Source of the DNA: Camelus dromedarius
Taxonomy: Eukaryota
Length of the DNA: 64,000 bases
Reading direction: 5' to 3'
NCBI RefSeq assembly: GCF_036321535.1
Contig: NC_087437.1
Location: 13,642,001 to 13,706,000, forward strand
This document shows, in pieces, positions 41,531-55,130 of the stretch. Within the stretch, counting starts at the first letter, position 1. Each line of letters opens with the position of its first letter. The notes beneath the pieces were generated by a model that saw nothing but the letters and a program-made list of their open reading frames with translations, had not been told where the DNA came from and did not search any database. Position numbers and translations under genes: made by a program.

Positions 41531-42528
41531 ATTCCCTAATTCTGCTGGTATCCACTGAATGGCTAAGAATTAGCTATTTATTTCCATTTGTCCAGGAAAG
41601 AAAAAAAGCAATGGAGCTGGTTGCTCCAGGATTTATTGCAGTGCAAAGTTATCCCACAAATAGTACAAATTCACACACAAAATCAACAAGTGGGATCCAC
41701 ATTAATATTAGATGTGTGTGTGTGGGTGCGGGGGTGCGTGCGTGTGAGTGTGCCTATGTGTTAGAGCAATAGGAAGAGACTGATAAATGAAGAGACAAGG
41801 AAAATGTGCCCACTATTTTCTGCTCTAAGTGTTACTTCTTCCCTGCACCATGCAAAGGAACAGAGGATGCTACAGACGAAGTGCCCAGCACACATCAGGT
41901 TACAAGTGGGATTCTGAGGGACTCAAGGCTTAGATCAAGTTCTAGGCAGAAACATAAATACCACTTCAGGCTTTGGCATAAGAGGGGCCTAAAATAGAGA
42001 TAATCTAGCAGTCCAGACTTCACGCATGACAGCCTCCCTCACCCCTGAAGAGGCATCGGAAGGTGTTAGCTAGTCCTTGGGCTTAAAAAGCCACTGCTGG
42101 TGTCACGACAAATTCACAAAAGACATAGCCAACTGCACTGGTTAACTGGGAGCTGCCTCTGCAAGCTGGCTATTTAAATGAAGGTATGTTCTTGATGATT
42201 TTGGCATGAGTGGAAGGAGAGGGCATCTCTCAACGTCTATGCCCAGCAACGACCAGGGCTGCAAATTTGGAGCTCGATGAGGAAGTGGACCCCACTGCCA
42301 AGCTCCACGAGGTGGTCTGTGTGTTTTTTAACTCTCTTGCTTTCTGAGTAGAACTTTGAAGGTAACTCACTGGACAAACTATGGAAAGGACAACACCTCC
42401 ATTTCTTCTATTATTACAATAAGAAAATCTCCTCTATCTAGAAATGAAGAAAATACGTCAGTGCTTACCAAAATTCCTTTAAAAAGAAAAATTAATACAA
42501 ACTTCAATCTAGTAAATTCCAATACTCA

Positions 42529-43112
42529 TGTTAGAGAAGGCAGGTTAGAAAGAGAAAGCAGAGAACAGGGGACATGGGCCAAATGACAGGAAACCACACG
42601 CCATGTGAATAACAGGGGTCCTTGGGCAGACAGAGAAAAGCAGGAACCTCTGGACTGATGAGAAATCACAATTTTGGGGTGACAAGTGGCCAGGAGGCCG
42701 ACAAAGAAAGGTGGGAAAAGGCAGGAATCTCCAGTGTCCGAATGTAACCTTTTGCTCATTATGCCCTCATTTCAATAAAATTGGCCTTGCAGATTAGAAG
42801 TACCCATCATGCACCAATGCCATGATACTTCTGATCAAGACTAAACTTCAGGAAGGTGGAATTGAGATGAAAATCAGGAAATATGACCCCAAACCCTTCC
42901 CTGCCCAATGAATATTTCGCCCATTCATTTTTACACCCTATGTAACCAACTTGTCAAAGAAACTTGGGGCAGCTGCTCACCTGAGCCTGCCTGTTCTCCC
43001 CTTGAGGGTGTCCTATCCATCCCTTAATAAATTCCCGCTTTACTTTTTTGACCTTCACGTCTCATCACTGAATTCTTTCTGCAAGGGGACAGGAACCTAA
43101 CTGCCGGCAACA
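42529..43112 (+). mobile_element. ERV1-class solo LTR (584 bp) with perfect 4-bp TSD
   Basis: TGTT...AACA termini; CTCA at 42525-42528 and 43113-43116; AATAAA near 43025. Confidence 0.9.
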
Positions 43113-43305
43113 CTCAGAATGTTTCCTAATGGAAGGTAAAAAAATAAGCAAATATCAGGATGTTTAGTGTAGTGGGACACAATCTAAATGATGTTTAAAA
43201 TGGGAAACACTTAGTATGTCCCTTACTAGGGACTTGTTAAGTAAATAAAGGTATGATGATTCAATGGAATATTGCTAAAATATTTTTTTAAATGATGGTG
43301 TAGAC

Positions 43306-43528
43306 CAGGGGTCAGAAGACGTTTTCTGTAAAGGGCCAATAGTAAATATTGGAGGCTTTCTAGCCCAGGTTGTTTCTGTTATAACTACCTCATTCTGCCA
43401 CTGAGATTTGAGAGCAGGCAGAAATGATACATAAACCAATCAGTGCGGCTGCACTCCCATTACATTTTATTTACAAAGTCAGGCAGTGGGCAGGATTTGG
43501 CCCTCAGGCTACTATTTGCTGAAACCTA
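43306..43528. mobile_element. MER58A hAT-Charlie MITE
   Basis: caggggtcag...ttttctgtaaagggcc...atagtaaatatt; 8-bp TSD gtgtagac / gtgtaggt (6/8). Confidence 0.85.
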
Positions 43529-43650
43529 GTGTAGGTGATGGTTTCCTTGACAGATAAACGTACACACTTATATTAATAAGTGAAAAGCACTCTGGCTAGA
43601 GAGCATCTAATATCTCCAAAGAATATTAATAACAATGTATAAGCCAAAAA

Positions 43651-43652
<2 letters not shown>

Positions 43653-43716
<64 letters not shown>
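43653..43716. repeat. (GAAA)n tetranucleotide microsatellite
   Basis: About 16 perfect GAAA units followed by GCAA units. Confidence 0.95.
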
Positions 43717-43717
<1 letters not shown>

Positions 43718-45282
43718 CAAGCAAGCGAGCTCTTAATGGCAGAATTATAGCTGTTTTCCTTTTTTTCTTCATGCATACTTTTTGTATTCCTTTTTCTGGG
43801 GGAGGAGGAATATAAAACAGAAAAGGGCATTTTAACTTTAAAAAAAATAACACCGTAGAGAAACTCTGTTCCAATGTATAGGTAACAATAGCACGCTTAA
43901 TATAGTCCAGGTTTTCGCCATTTTTGTCCAACTCAAAGCTGAAAATGCTACTTTATCACCAGGCACAGCAGAAAACAGACATGTATTAATGGAATAAGCC
44001 CAATCCAAGCCTTTTCTGATTCAACTACATCTTTTTCAGTAAATCCTTCCAAATTCAGTCCGCACGCCCCCTGCAATATGTGTTTCCATAGGTTTGAAGT
44101 GGTGAGACCTTGAACAAATTTTATAACCCACAGAGCGGAGCCCTAGGGTCCTTCTCTCTGGGCTCTTCTTGCAATAAAGTCCACAGCTCAGTGACTACAT
44201 GAAGGGAGCCTCTGTGGAAAGAGGATCTGCTTGGGCGTTAAGCCCATGATGGAGGAGAGCAGAGCTCAGATATGAATACAAGAGAAAGAGGAGAAAAGAG
44301 AGTCTGAGAGAGGGCCCTGCCACTCTTCTGAGCCCTTGAATTTAGCAATGTCTAAACTTGTCCTGTCCTGAATATTTCAATTATATAAGCCAATGTATTT
44401 ATTCCCTTGTACTCTTTGAAGCACTTGATATTCTGTTTCTTGCAACCAAGAGTTGAACAAGATGCTGGGAACAGCAGACCCTTCTGGGCCCTGAACCACT
44501 GGAACAGGGGTCTTCGGGGAGACAGTGCTGGCTGGGTATTTTAAAAATGAGTAAATCGGCCATATTTCAATTTTTTTTAAAAAAAAAAAGCTGCTATTTT
44601 CAAAATGAGGAAATAGATTTAAGCCAGTTGGCAAGAGTGTCCTTTTCAACCTTTGGGAAACTGCAGGTTAATAAAACTAATTGTCTCCCTTTAATGTTTC
44701 CTTTATCCACTAATTATTGAGCTAATTATTTCTCCTATGTTAGTTAGCACTTTTAATCCTTGTGATGATACAATTAAAAAAAAAACTCTTTCCTCTTAGA
44801 AAACTGAGGTTCAGAGCGGTTAAGTAATTCACAATTCACATTAGGTCACACAGACAGTGTATCTCTTTCACTTTGTCTCTGAAAGGAAAAGCTTCAGTCC
44901 ATTGATCTTTTTCTGGTCCGTTAACTCTTAAAGCTAAGATGTTTGATTCCTTTTGAGCCATTTAATTGGCAAATATTTCTTAAGAAATTACCACATATCA
45001 AGAGGTTACCTGAGCAGGGCTATCACAGCACCTTATAGAAAGTTGGGTCCTAATGAAAACATTAAAAGGTGGGCTGGGTGCGAGCATCCTGCGGTGACTC
45101 AGCCTCCATCTGTGGAACAATGATTGAAATGCTAGTGTAGGTGGCATTTGTGCTCTTGAAAAGGATGAATTGAACATTTTTTCCTTTATCTATTTAAGAT
45201 GTTCATCAGCAATATAGATAAAGTGGCCACTGGGACCTAGGGACAATATGATACAATTAAATAAGGCATACTGAGAATTTTT

Positions 45283-45369
45283 TTTTTTTATTGAAGTACA
45301 GTCAGTTACAATGTGTCACTTCCTGGTGTACATGTCCCAGTCACATATATACATATTCTTTTCTTTTCC
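45283..45369 (-). mobile_element. Very short L1 3' end
   Basis: polyT-attgaagtacagtcagttacaatgtgtca; TSD agaattttt on both sides, followed by aa (TTTT/AA endonuclease site). Confidence 0.8.
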
Positions 45370-46801
45370 AGAATTTTTAAAATCCTATAAATTTAGTAAC
45401 CTTATCTTTACCATTGTAACTAAGGGTTTGTTTGGTAGGAATGAAAAGAACATGTGTGTTGGAGCCACACAGAATGCAGGTGTTCTCCTGGGTTTATGAC
45501 TCTTTGTTTTATTAACCACTAGTTATTAGCTTCTTAACTACCCTGAACCTCTGTTCTCTCACCTCTGCAATAGTGCCAGTTATGACCTCTTTCACAGTGG
45601 CTGTTATAAAGAATAAATAGACACATGGGAAGTGTATGCACAGTGCCTGCCATGCAGGAGCCGCTTCACACATCTCCTCCACGGTGGGAAGTAAAGAGAC
45701 AGAAAATTGTGAGGTGAGAATTTTGGAAATCATTCTCATGACCTTACTGCTGCTGAAAAATCCAGCCCTTCTTTGAATTGATTTGATTAACATTAAGTAA
45801 AGGAAAGAACTTCTGATTCAAATATGACTTGCCAACCCCTTGTTTGTGTGTTCGTTTTCTAATTCATATGGCTCAGTAAAACTTTCAAAAATAGAAATGT
45901 TAATTAAAGGTGAGGTCAGAATTTTGTTTCAAAATTCGTCATTCACCTTTGTTTCTAGGTGGGAAAAACTCGACAATTATTGTACTATGAATGCTCCTAG
46001 GCTTTGTTATGAAGTCTATGGGATAAAGTGGGAAAACAAATAATGCCTCCATGACATTTCACATCCCTCAAAGTGTAAGGTACATACTCAAAATATTGAA
46101 AATTTAAAAGAAAGTTGAGGAGAAAATCAGACAAGCTTTAACATTAAATAATACAGTGCTGTCTCTTTGAAGTCATGGTGGTGTGTAGATCGAGACTTTT
46201 TTCATGTTAAACACGGAGTGGGACAGAGTCAATCTGTGAACCAATACACTTCAAATTCTAGAGTAAGAAAAAAGGGAAGAAAGAATGAAAGAGTTGTTTC
46301 GATATTTAGAAACGTAGCCAGCATAAAGCTTGGTGCTAGCTCCATTGACCCATGAAAATGCTACCCAGCAGGAAAAGGACGGGGAAGGGTCCCTTAAGAA
46401 CATGGCCAGGAATGAGAACTCCTCCTCCTCACGTGGGCACCTCGGGGCAAGCAGACCTTGAACAGCCAGTACTTCACCACAACTCCCTGCCTTCCTGCAC
46501 CACTGACTTTGGAACATTCTCTCCAAACTGGGTCACCTGTTGTCAAAACACTGACGGTGCTGCTGCCGAGGCCCGACAGGCAGGTAGCACAAGAACAGAA
46601 TGGGATATGACAACCTCTGAAGGTTGTCATAGCAAAATTTTAAATTAGTTCCTAGCATGTAACTGACCAGGGGTGCTGATAAGCACTTGAAGATAATTAA
46701 CAGTTGTTTGTTATGTGCTTCGTGTTGAAAGTTACATGTCCCTCCAGAGAATTCATTTTTTGGAAAGGCAGAAGGTAGGATCATCCAAAAGGTTCACAGC
46801 A

Positions 46802-47752
46802 CAACCAAACAACCCAATCCAAAAATGGGCCAAAGACATAAACAAGCAATTCTCCAAGGAAGAAATACAAATGATCAATAGGCACATGAAAAAATGCTCA
46901 ATATCGGTAACGATCAGAGAAATGCAAATCAAAACTACAATGAGGTATCACCTCATACCAGTCAGAATGGCCATCATTCAAAAGTCCACAAACAATAAAT
47001 GCTGGAGAGGCTGTGGAGAAAAGGCAACCCTCCTACACTGCTGGTGGGAATGCAGTTTGGTGCAGCCACTGTGGAAAACAGTATGGAAATTCCTCAAAAT
47101 ACTAGGAATGGACTTACTGTGTGACCCAGGAATCCCACTCCTGGGCATATATCCAGAAGGAACCCTACTTCAAAATGACACATGCACCCCAATGTTCATA
47201 GCAGCACTATTTACAATAGCCAAGACATGGAGACAGCCTAAATGTCCATCAACGGATGACTGGATAAAGAAGAAGTGGTATATTTATACAATGGAATACT
47301 ATTCAGCCATAAAAATCGACAACATAACTCCATTTGCAGCAACATGGATGTTCCTGGAGAAAGTCATTCTAAGTGACTTAAGCCAGAAAGAGAAAGAAAA
47401 ATACCATATGAGATTGCTCATACGTAGAATCTAAAAACAAAAACAAAAACAAACAAACAAAGCATAAATACAAAACAGAAACAGACTCATAGACATAGAA
47501 TACAAACTTGTGGTTGCCAAGGGGGCAGGGGGTGGGAAGGAATGGATGGGATTTCAAAATTGTAGAATAGATAAACAAGATTATACTGTATAGCACAGGG
47601 AAATATATACAAGGTCTTGTGGTAGCTCACCGAGAAAAAAATGTGACAATGAATATATATACGTTCATGTATAACTGAAAAATTGTGCTGTACACTGATT
47701 TGACACAACATTGTAAAATGACTATAAATCAATAAAAAATGTTAAAAAAAAA
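46802..47752 (+). mobile_element. Young 5'-truncated L1: ORF2 C-terminal ~210 codons open, 3' UTR, polyA, 15-bp TSD
   Basis: [15 protein letters not shown]...[18 protein letters not shown] (CCHC motif)...[11 protein letters not shown] ends at 47434. Perfect TSD aaaaggttcacagca at 46787-46801 and 47753-47767. Confidence 0.97.
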
Positions 47753-48464
47753 AAAAGGTTCACAGCAGGATTAATAAGCATAATTCAAACACGCTTTAAA
47801 ATAGCAGAAAAGCACTTTTAAAATAAATCAGCAGAGTAATACTCATTATTTGTTAAGGTTATTTGAAAGAAACAAATACTCTCAAAGGACAGCCAGTGAC
47901 AGACCTAGGAGGAGAACATTCCATCTCTTAGAGACCAAAGAGAGTCAGTCAAGTCCTTCCTCTACTCCAGACAAGGGGGAGGTCTCCCCCGGGTGAAGGT
48001 TACTCTGTTTGCCTGGTGAATGAAAACGGAAGACCGTTTGCTCCTTGTCTGAGGGTTCTCCCTGCTTGCTGAGACTTCCTCCCCTTTCCTTGGAATTCTG
48101 ATCTCACTTGATCTAGAGTATAATCAAACATCAAGGAGAGAGGTAGCTGGCTTCCTGAGAACAGGAAGGACTGTCTCCAAGCCACTGTAGGAGGCTAGGG
48201 AGGTGCCGTGGACTGTTATCTGTCCTTTCTTTTTGCTGCTGATTTCTGTTATCCCACTGACAGTCGCAAGGAGGCCGGGAGTGTGGTCCCAACCACCAGA
48301 TCATTATGCCTGCTTCATGGGGACACTCTACCAGGTCACCCTCCCATGACATCAATCAGTGAATCATTTCCTTGGGCACGTGTGCCATTAAGTGATTGTC
48401 AATCCACGTTCTTTGTCATGAAAAAAGTTAAGCTAATATTAATTTGTCCATTTATATTCTGCCA

Positions 48465-48920
48465 GTGCCTTATGTGGGCTTTCCCAGAAGTATGTCCTGA
48501 GATGTGGGATGAATTCACCAGGAAGTGTTGCCGGAAAACTGATAGTTGAGAAGAGAAGAAAGGCAGGGACAGGACGGAAGCCAGGCACTTTGCCGTGGAG
48601 GGTGACTCTGGCGCAGCGCTGCAGGGGGCTGTGAAAGAGTGAAGAGCACCCTCCGGGCTGTCCCAGTCAGGGCTGAGGGTGCTGGACGATCTGTTCCCCT
48701 GTACCTCTCTGGCAGTGCTGAAGGGCTGCCTCTGGAGACAGGGATGTCAGGGTGTTACCAATGTCAGCAGGCAAAATAGGTTCCAGCCACCTAAGGACAG
48801 TCCCCAACAGATGCAGGCTGTTGGGAGAGAAAGTACACCAGGAGGCCAAGTGCACAGAAGCAGCATCCGAGGGGCTGTGGGACCTGGGTGGATACAGGCT
48901 GATGCTGTACCAAGCAGCTC
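48465..48920 (-). mobile_element. ERVL LTR relic (LTR16-like)
   Basis: ttcccagaagtatgtcctgagatgtgg...gggctgtcccagtcaggg...gaaagtacaccagg. Confidence 0.45.
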
Positions 48921-49994
48921 ACCCCCACTGAAGTAGATGCTCCTTGCAACAAGCCTATGCTTGGTAACCTTTTAAAGTGGAGTCTACCATTATCCTCAGA
49001 TGTGGGAGCTAAGCCTTAGAAACATTAAGTCCTTGGTCTGAGATCAATCAAAGCTAAAAATCACGGAGGTGACATTCAAACCCAAGTCTAGGTGAGCCAA
49101 TCATGTTTACTTCTTGTCTCATGTACAAGTAAATGTAGGGAATTTTAGACTTAGGTGATTTGTTCTTGATTATTCTTGAAAAATTCACAATATGTATACC
49201 TATACACTCACTATGAAAATTGCAAGTAATTTCCTTGGCTGTATAAACAACTTTTTTGCACATGCCAAAGATGGTTAAAATGTTTGTGGCAACACAGCAC
49301 GGCTCAAGGGACAAAACTAGTGCATGTACACAATGATTTCATGACATTTAATACGTAAAGTATGACAGCAAATTAAAGCTGCATCATAGAAGCAACTTCA
49401 TATAAAGAATGAAATGAGTATAAAATTATATACATGCAATCTTGAGAAGAGGGACTGAATCTTTAAATCTGGGAGACATTTTCTTCTGTTCATTGCTTGT
49501 GAGGTATTTTTGTTTCAATTTGTAGCTTTATCAAGCTATACCCTATAATTCACTTATTTAATTCTAGCTCTCTGCCATATAAACATAATTACTGAGAATA
49601 ATCAATTTGTTCCCACTTGATAAAAAACTAAATTAAGAATTACGCAGCACCAAGTTTGAAGAATATGGAGGATGTTTACCGTGATGCTTGAAAGCCCCTC
49701 TGATTTCTCAAAGAAGAATTTCCATCCCTGCTTCTCACGTCAGTAACTGAGGTTTGTGTGTCTATTTGCTGGATTTTGTCTGGTTTTCAAATAGCCTGCT
49801 GAAGGCAGCTGACTGAATCCTCGGACGTGGACTGAAAGTTTTCTGGAATTCAGGTCCTATATTCTGCAGCCATTTTCATGAGACCACCTCACACAATTCT
49901 TCCTTCTCCAGGTATTTTGATATTGTGATATTTCATGTTTCATGGCCCCAGTTTTTCGGGTCTACCTATATCTGTGGCCTTTGGTGCTGCTCTC

Positions 49995-50528
49995 TGTGAC
50001 AGACACATCCCACAGTGACCCCAAGCGCCCATTCTCTTGCATAAGCCCCTCCCCTTGAGTGTAGGCTACACCTGTGACTTGTTTAAGACAATTAGAATAC
50101 AGTGAAGGTGATGGAATGTCACTCTTTGGATCTGGTTATGTTCTAATATTGTCTTCATTGATGAGAGAGAGAGAGAGGACTCCCTGCTGGCCTTGAAGAA
50201 GAAAACTGACTTGATGTGGACTATTTACGGACAGGACCACATGACAGGGGACTACCACCAGCGGCATCCAGTTACTGAGCACCTCAGTCCTACAAACGCA
50301 AGGCACTGAAGTCCGCCCACAATCACCTGAGCTTGGAAGAGCGTCCCAAGGCTCAGATGAAACCCTGTGCCCCTCCCCATACTTTGTGATTCCAGCCTGT
50401 GAGAAAACCCAGGTAGGGTATGCCCAAACTCCTGAGCTACAGAAATTGTAAGATTGAAAAGACATGTGTGTAGTTTCTCACTGCTAAGTTTATAGTCATT
50501 GGTTACACAGCAACAAAAACCTGATACA
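49995..50528 (+). mobile_element. MaLR LTR (MLT1E/F-like)
   Basis: cccctccccttgagtgtaggct...ctcagatga...ttggttacacagcaacaaaaacctgataca. Confidence 0.85.
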
Positions 50529-51702
50529 CGTGTCTACACTGATGCTGAGTTTGACTGTGTGATCCGCTTTATCTAGTGGGAATGCGGAGAACTTGATGTA
50601 AGCAGACTTGACAAAGGAGTCTTGCATTTCTACATTCTTCCTACAACTCTTCCTACCGCCACAAAAAAAAACACATCTGCTAGTTTGCTGGAGGGATAGA
50701 TGTAAGGGACACGTGGAGAAGAGCTGACCTGTCCTTTCTGGGTCCATCTTAGACCAACCAGATCCCTGGCCACCTGCCAGCTGGCCATCGACTTGTGAGG
50801 CAGCGGGGCTCAGATCAGCAGAACATCACCCAGCTGACCCACTGACTCATGAGAAATTATAAATGCTGGTCACTTTAAGTCACTACGTTTAAGGTGCCCG
50901 ATGGGCAACATTTGTGAAAACAGAAAATCACCATGCACCCCATTGCTGCAGGATACATTTGAGCTTGAACACATGTATGATTGCCTGTTTAGAACATTAA
51001 AAAAAAAACAAAACTCAAAACACTTAAAAGCGTAAAAGCAGAGATTGAGGGACCTAGTGTGGGACAAGAGATGATCGCCTGCTCTAAACCTTTGACAAAG
51101 AGAAATTCTTTTCCAATAAGGTTGAAAATACATTTTTAATTTTCTTTAGCATTTTACAGAGTAAATTTAAGTGATAGCAAAAATAGAGGCTGCTTACATC
51201 TTTTATGTAAAGCTTTCACAGAGGTATGCCATTTTTCTTCTCTTTCAAGGCCTCCAATTCCATCATCACACTGGCGCCTCGGTGTTCCTGGGGGACATGT
51301 TGCGAGGTCCTGGAAGGACAGTCAGACGCAGAGCAGCCCCCCATCCCCTGGCCCTCCATGTCACACACCTTCACAGAGCCACAAGCCTCCCCTTTCCCTG
51401 CAGGAAATGTTGTGACAGCCTGTCCCACTGGCAGGAATGGGGAAGAGGGTGTCTGCCAGCCAGAGAGAGGCGTGGGGATGGGACTGGAAAGAAATAAACC
51501 TCTCTTAGAGGCGAAGGGAGAAAAAGCAAATTGGAAGCACTTTCCCATGCTGTCTTGGATCCAGGGCTGTCTGGAAAATAAAAGCTCTGAGCAACATAAG
51601 ATTAGCGGCTGCACTTCTTTTTAGAGGACAGCTCTGTTCTTTTTGATCCTCACAAACTCACCACTGGGAACAACAGAAGACAGGAAGCACTGTAATTCAG
51701 GG

Positions 51703-51875
51703 ATTTTTTTTTTTTTAATTGAAGTATAGTTGGTTTACAATATTGTTTTAATTTCTGGTGTACAGCATAATAATTTAGTTATATATATTCCTTTTCATAT
51801 TCTTTTGTAATTATAGGCTATTACAAGGTATTGAATGTAATTCCCTGCGCTATACAGTAGGAACTTATTGTTTTA
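51703..51875 (-). mobile_element. Short L1 3' end
   Basis: polyT-aattgaagtatagttggtttacaatattg...ttccctgcgctatacagtagga; taattcag on both sides. Confidence 0.85.
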
Positions 51876-52589
51876 TAATTCAGTTTTGATCCCCTCAATG
51901 TTAGTTAAACGAAATGCACTCAAAAGATTTTTCTTTTAAACGGTTTTTTTCCATTTAGAAGAATAAAACAATGGAGTCTTTTCACAACCGGCTAATTGCA
52001 AATAACTGAAATACCTTGAAATGTCCTTTTCCAAGTTAGCTAAGCGTAACCATATTCAAATCTGCCTGCATTTACCATTTAAGTTCCACATAGATTTCTT
52101 GTAAATTCTGCACTGTCAGAGGCAGTGGGCCTGAGGCTATGGATGAAAGATGGGGAAGAAGACATGGTACCCAGGAGCAGAACCATGTTTACTTAATGGC
52201 AGACAAAACTGCTTTTTTGCAATGCTTCATAGGGACCCTGTCCTAAGGACAAGTTACTGGGGAGCCTTAGGGGGCCATCTGCTACCATTCTGTGTGGTCA
52301 GCTTACCCGTGACAGTGCTGAGGCAAGAGTCAGTGGCTGCCCTGCACACTGGGCTACCTCCAGGAGACCCTGCAGCAGGTATCATTCAAGTCCTGGAGCT
52401 ACCTAACCCCTTGCCAACCACTCACCACCTGGTAACCCACCTGCTGGGCAAAGCCAGGTGCTGGCGAACCACTACCCTCTACGTACCCTCTGACTTCTCA
52501 AAGCAGTTTTTATTTGGGGATCATTCCACCTCCTTGAAAGTTTCATTTTTCATCTTTTAGTAAGTTGGGATTTCATTTCTGAGTACTTG

Positions 52590-53224
52590 TGATGCAGGAA
52601 AATGGATGTGGGACATGAGGAGGGCCGTGTCCCAGGCTTCGGTTGAGCCTCTGGGACGTGCCTCGCCAAGGGTGGGTCCTTGATTTCACGCAGGAAAGAA
52701 TTCAAGAGTGAGCCACCGTTGAGTAAAGGTAGATTTATTCAGAGAGATGCATCAAAAGGCAAGAAAAAGGCCATGAGGTTTGGGGGTTGGGTGTTCATAT
52801 TAGAGTAAAAGTAGGTACACACTCTATAGACAGAGTGCGGGCTGTCTCCAAAGAGAAGGGAGAGGGGGGTGGCAGGCGGCAGTGAGGCTCCGTGTTGCCA
52901 GTTTTTATGGGCTCAGTAGCTTCATCTGCTAATAAGTGGAAGGACCAGTCTAACTAGCCTGGGGAAGGGGCTGGGATTCCCAGGCAGTTGGCCATTTCCC
53001 ACTCTCTGACCTTTTGTGGCTAGCCTTGGGACTGTCATGGCACCTGTGGCTGTGTTATTCACCATGTTAATATATTACAGTGGGCGTGTAATGAAGCTCA
53101 AGGTCTACTAGAAACCAAATCTCCCACCATCTTGAGCCTCAAAGCCTCCTGGGGGATGAATCTTTCTGGTGTTAATCGCTATGTTATTTCTTGAGTGTCT
53201 GTGCCCTGCCCCCTTCCTGTCTCA
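52590..53224 (-). mobile_element. ERV1-class solo LTR (635 bp) with perfect 4-bp TSD
   Basis: TGA...TCA termini; CTTG at 52586-52589 and 53225-53228; cacgcaggaaagaattcaagagtgagcc motif; minus-strand AATAAA near 52735. Confidence 0.9.
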
Positions 53225-53299
53225 CTTGTGTTTTTTCACTTCCCTCAGTGTTAATGCTGGTTCGCACAAATAGTTCATACATTCCTTCTTGATATGAGT

Positions 53300-54690
53300 A
53301 TCCCTGAACCAGCTCCATTTCCTTCCAAATTCATGCAGTAAACAAAGAGGACATGGAGGGCAAGGAAAGCTAAAATTTAATGTCATTTGTAAGCCTCATT
53401 ATTGTTTTTAAGAACCTTGAATCAACTGGTGCTTGAAATGTAAAAGGTAAGGGTTAAGAATATTTTATAAGTGACTGTCACAGTCTAAGTACTAAGCCTT
53501 AACGCATTTATTCCTCTTAGTTTGTTATTTCTAGTCCAAACCTCTCTCTACTTGTTTTATGGGACCAGTCTATCATATGTTTGCAAAAACTTCAGCTAAT
53601 TTTTCATTTGTGAGCTCACTAGATCAACTCCAAGCACCTACCTGGACTTGTTGATTACCTGTCAAAATGACAGTGATTTTCTATAAAGACAAACTTTCTA
53701 TTTTTGTTCAGAGGAAACAGAGTTCAGCTATGTCCAAAGATAGCATTTAAGGTTCACGTATTTGCTGTAATACACTTCTGCTACCCCTCAAAATGCAATT
53801 CCTGAGTACGATGCAGTTTCATACTACAAAGTGGAAAAAAAAAGGAAGCTTGTCACGTGTAAAGGAATAATATTTAGTTTCAATTGATGATAGAGTTTAT
53901 TTACTTTTAGGATAAAGCAATAAGCTGTATTTTCAAATTTTTATATTACTAGTTAATTGCTGTATATATGTAGTAAAAAAAAACTAGCATACCTTACATA
54001 ACAAGAATGTTGCTATGATTTTAGGGTGTGTAATTTTCATTTTTGAAAACAACTATTTCCCATAACCCCGAGGGCATGTAAATTTGCAATATTCATCAGT
54101 TACCCTGTCAAGGTTATAAAATCTTTCCTGTTCCTCTTGCAAATTTCAAAACATCACAGCAGGACTGTAATCACCCGTAACAGTCATATTTACAATATGC
54201 AATTTAACTGTAATGACACACATAAGAATTTCTTTATTACAAAGTTATTTCCCTGAGATATTTGTATCTTCCTTTCAATACGGAAGACGGCATTCAAGGA
54301 CAAGCACACTATTAGCGGCACATTTTAATTGAAAAAACAGCCAATTTCATCCCAAACTGCCAATTTCAAAGGACAACAATATAAAATATATTATAAAGCT
54401 ATATTGTAAATATATTTATGATCACATTTAGTTGTTGAACATGAAGAATTTCAGGTTTGGATGGAAATTCACCCAAAGAGCTCAGGTCAACACACAGAAG
54501 CCTTGAGCTTCCCTCACTTGGGAAGCCTTCACAGCTCCACCTCCAGGTGCTGAGAAGCCGTGTCAGCCTTGATTCCTGTGCATTGTCTCTCCAGCTGATT
54601 TCTGTGCCCATAAATACCCACCATAAACAAAGTAAAAAACAAACTTTAAAAAAAGTTTTTTCTGCCTTCAGACAGAAGCTAAAGCTATTT
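53300..54690 (-). other. AT-rich, repeat-poor segment; possible NEK10 3' UTR remnant
   Basis: Lies downstream of the NEK10 exons on the minus strand, with minus-strand AATAAA at 54238-54233 and near 53900. No direct homology evidence. Confidence 0.3.
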
Positions 54691-55130
54691 CTAAAGGAAT
54701 CCAGCATATTTGATGTGCACAGCTCCTCACCATTCTGAACAAAAGAGAGAAGTAGCAATAAATCTATTTTGCAATTCAGCAAAGCGGAAAGAGGGATGTG
54801 GATTGCGAAGGAAAAATACTGCAAACCATGTCAGTAAACGAAGAATGCTGAAGCCATCAAGTCATCAGCTGCTGCCACCGCCCCCCTACAGTGAAGACAA
54901 GCCTGCAGCCCAGCCTCTGCACCTGAGGGGACTCAGAATAAGAAAGGACAGGATACTGGCCCTAGATAGCTAGATGCTTGCCAAAGGAATGATTTCAATG
55001 AGCCCAAATGTTTGCTCCCTCCCATACATAGAAAAGCGCTAAATTCTTTAACTTGAGATGCCTGGTTTTCTTCAGTTAACAAGTAATCTTTTAATGTTCC
55101 AACTACCTGGTCTTTGTTGTAAAACTCAAA
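54690..55130 (+). mobile_element. Partial ERV1-class LTR (artiodactyl type), truncated
   Basis: gggactcagaataagaaaggacaggatactggccctagatagc...tagaaaagcgctaaattctttaacttgagat resembles ruminant/camelid LTRs; no 3' end. Confidence 0.55.

Noticed and set aside
43573..43931. ORFs with FLSF repeats
   Set aside because: Translation artefacts of the (GAAA)n microsatellite.
46715..47434. 239-aa ORF as a host gene
   Set aside because: It is the C-terminus of L1 ORF2 inside a TSD-flanked insertion.
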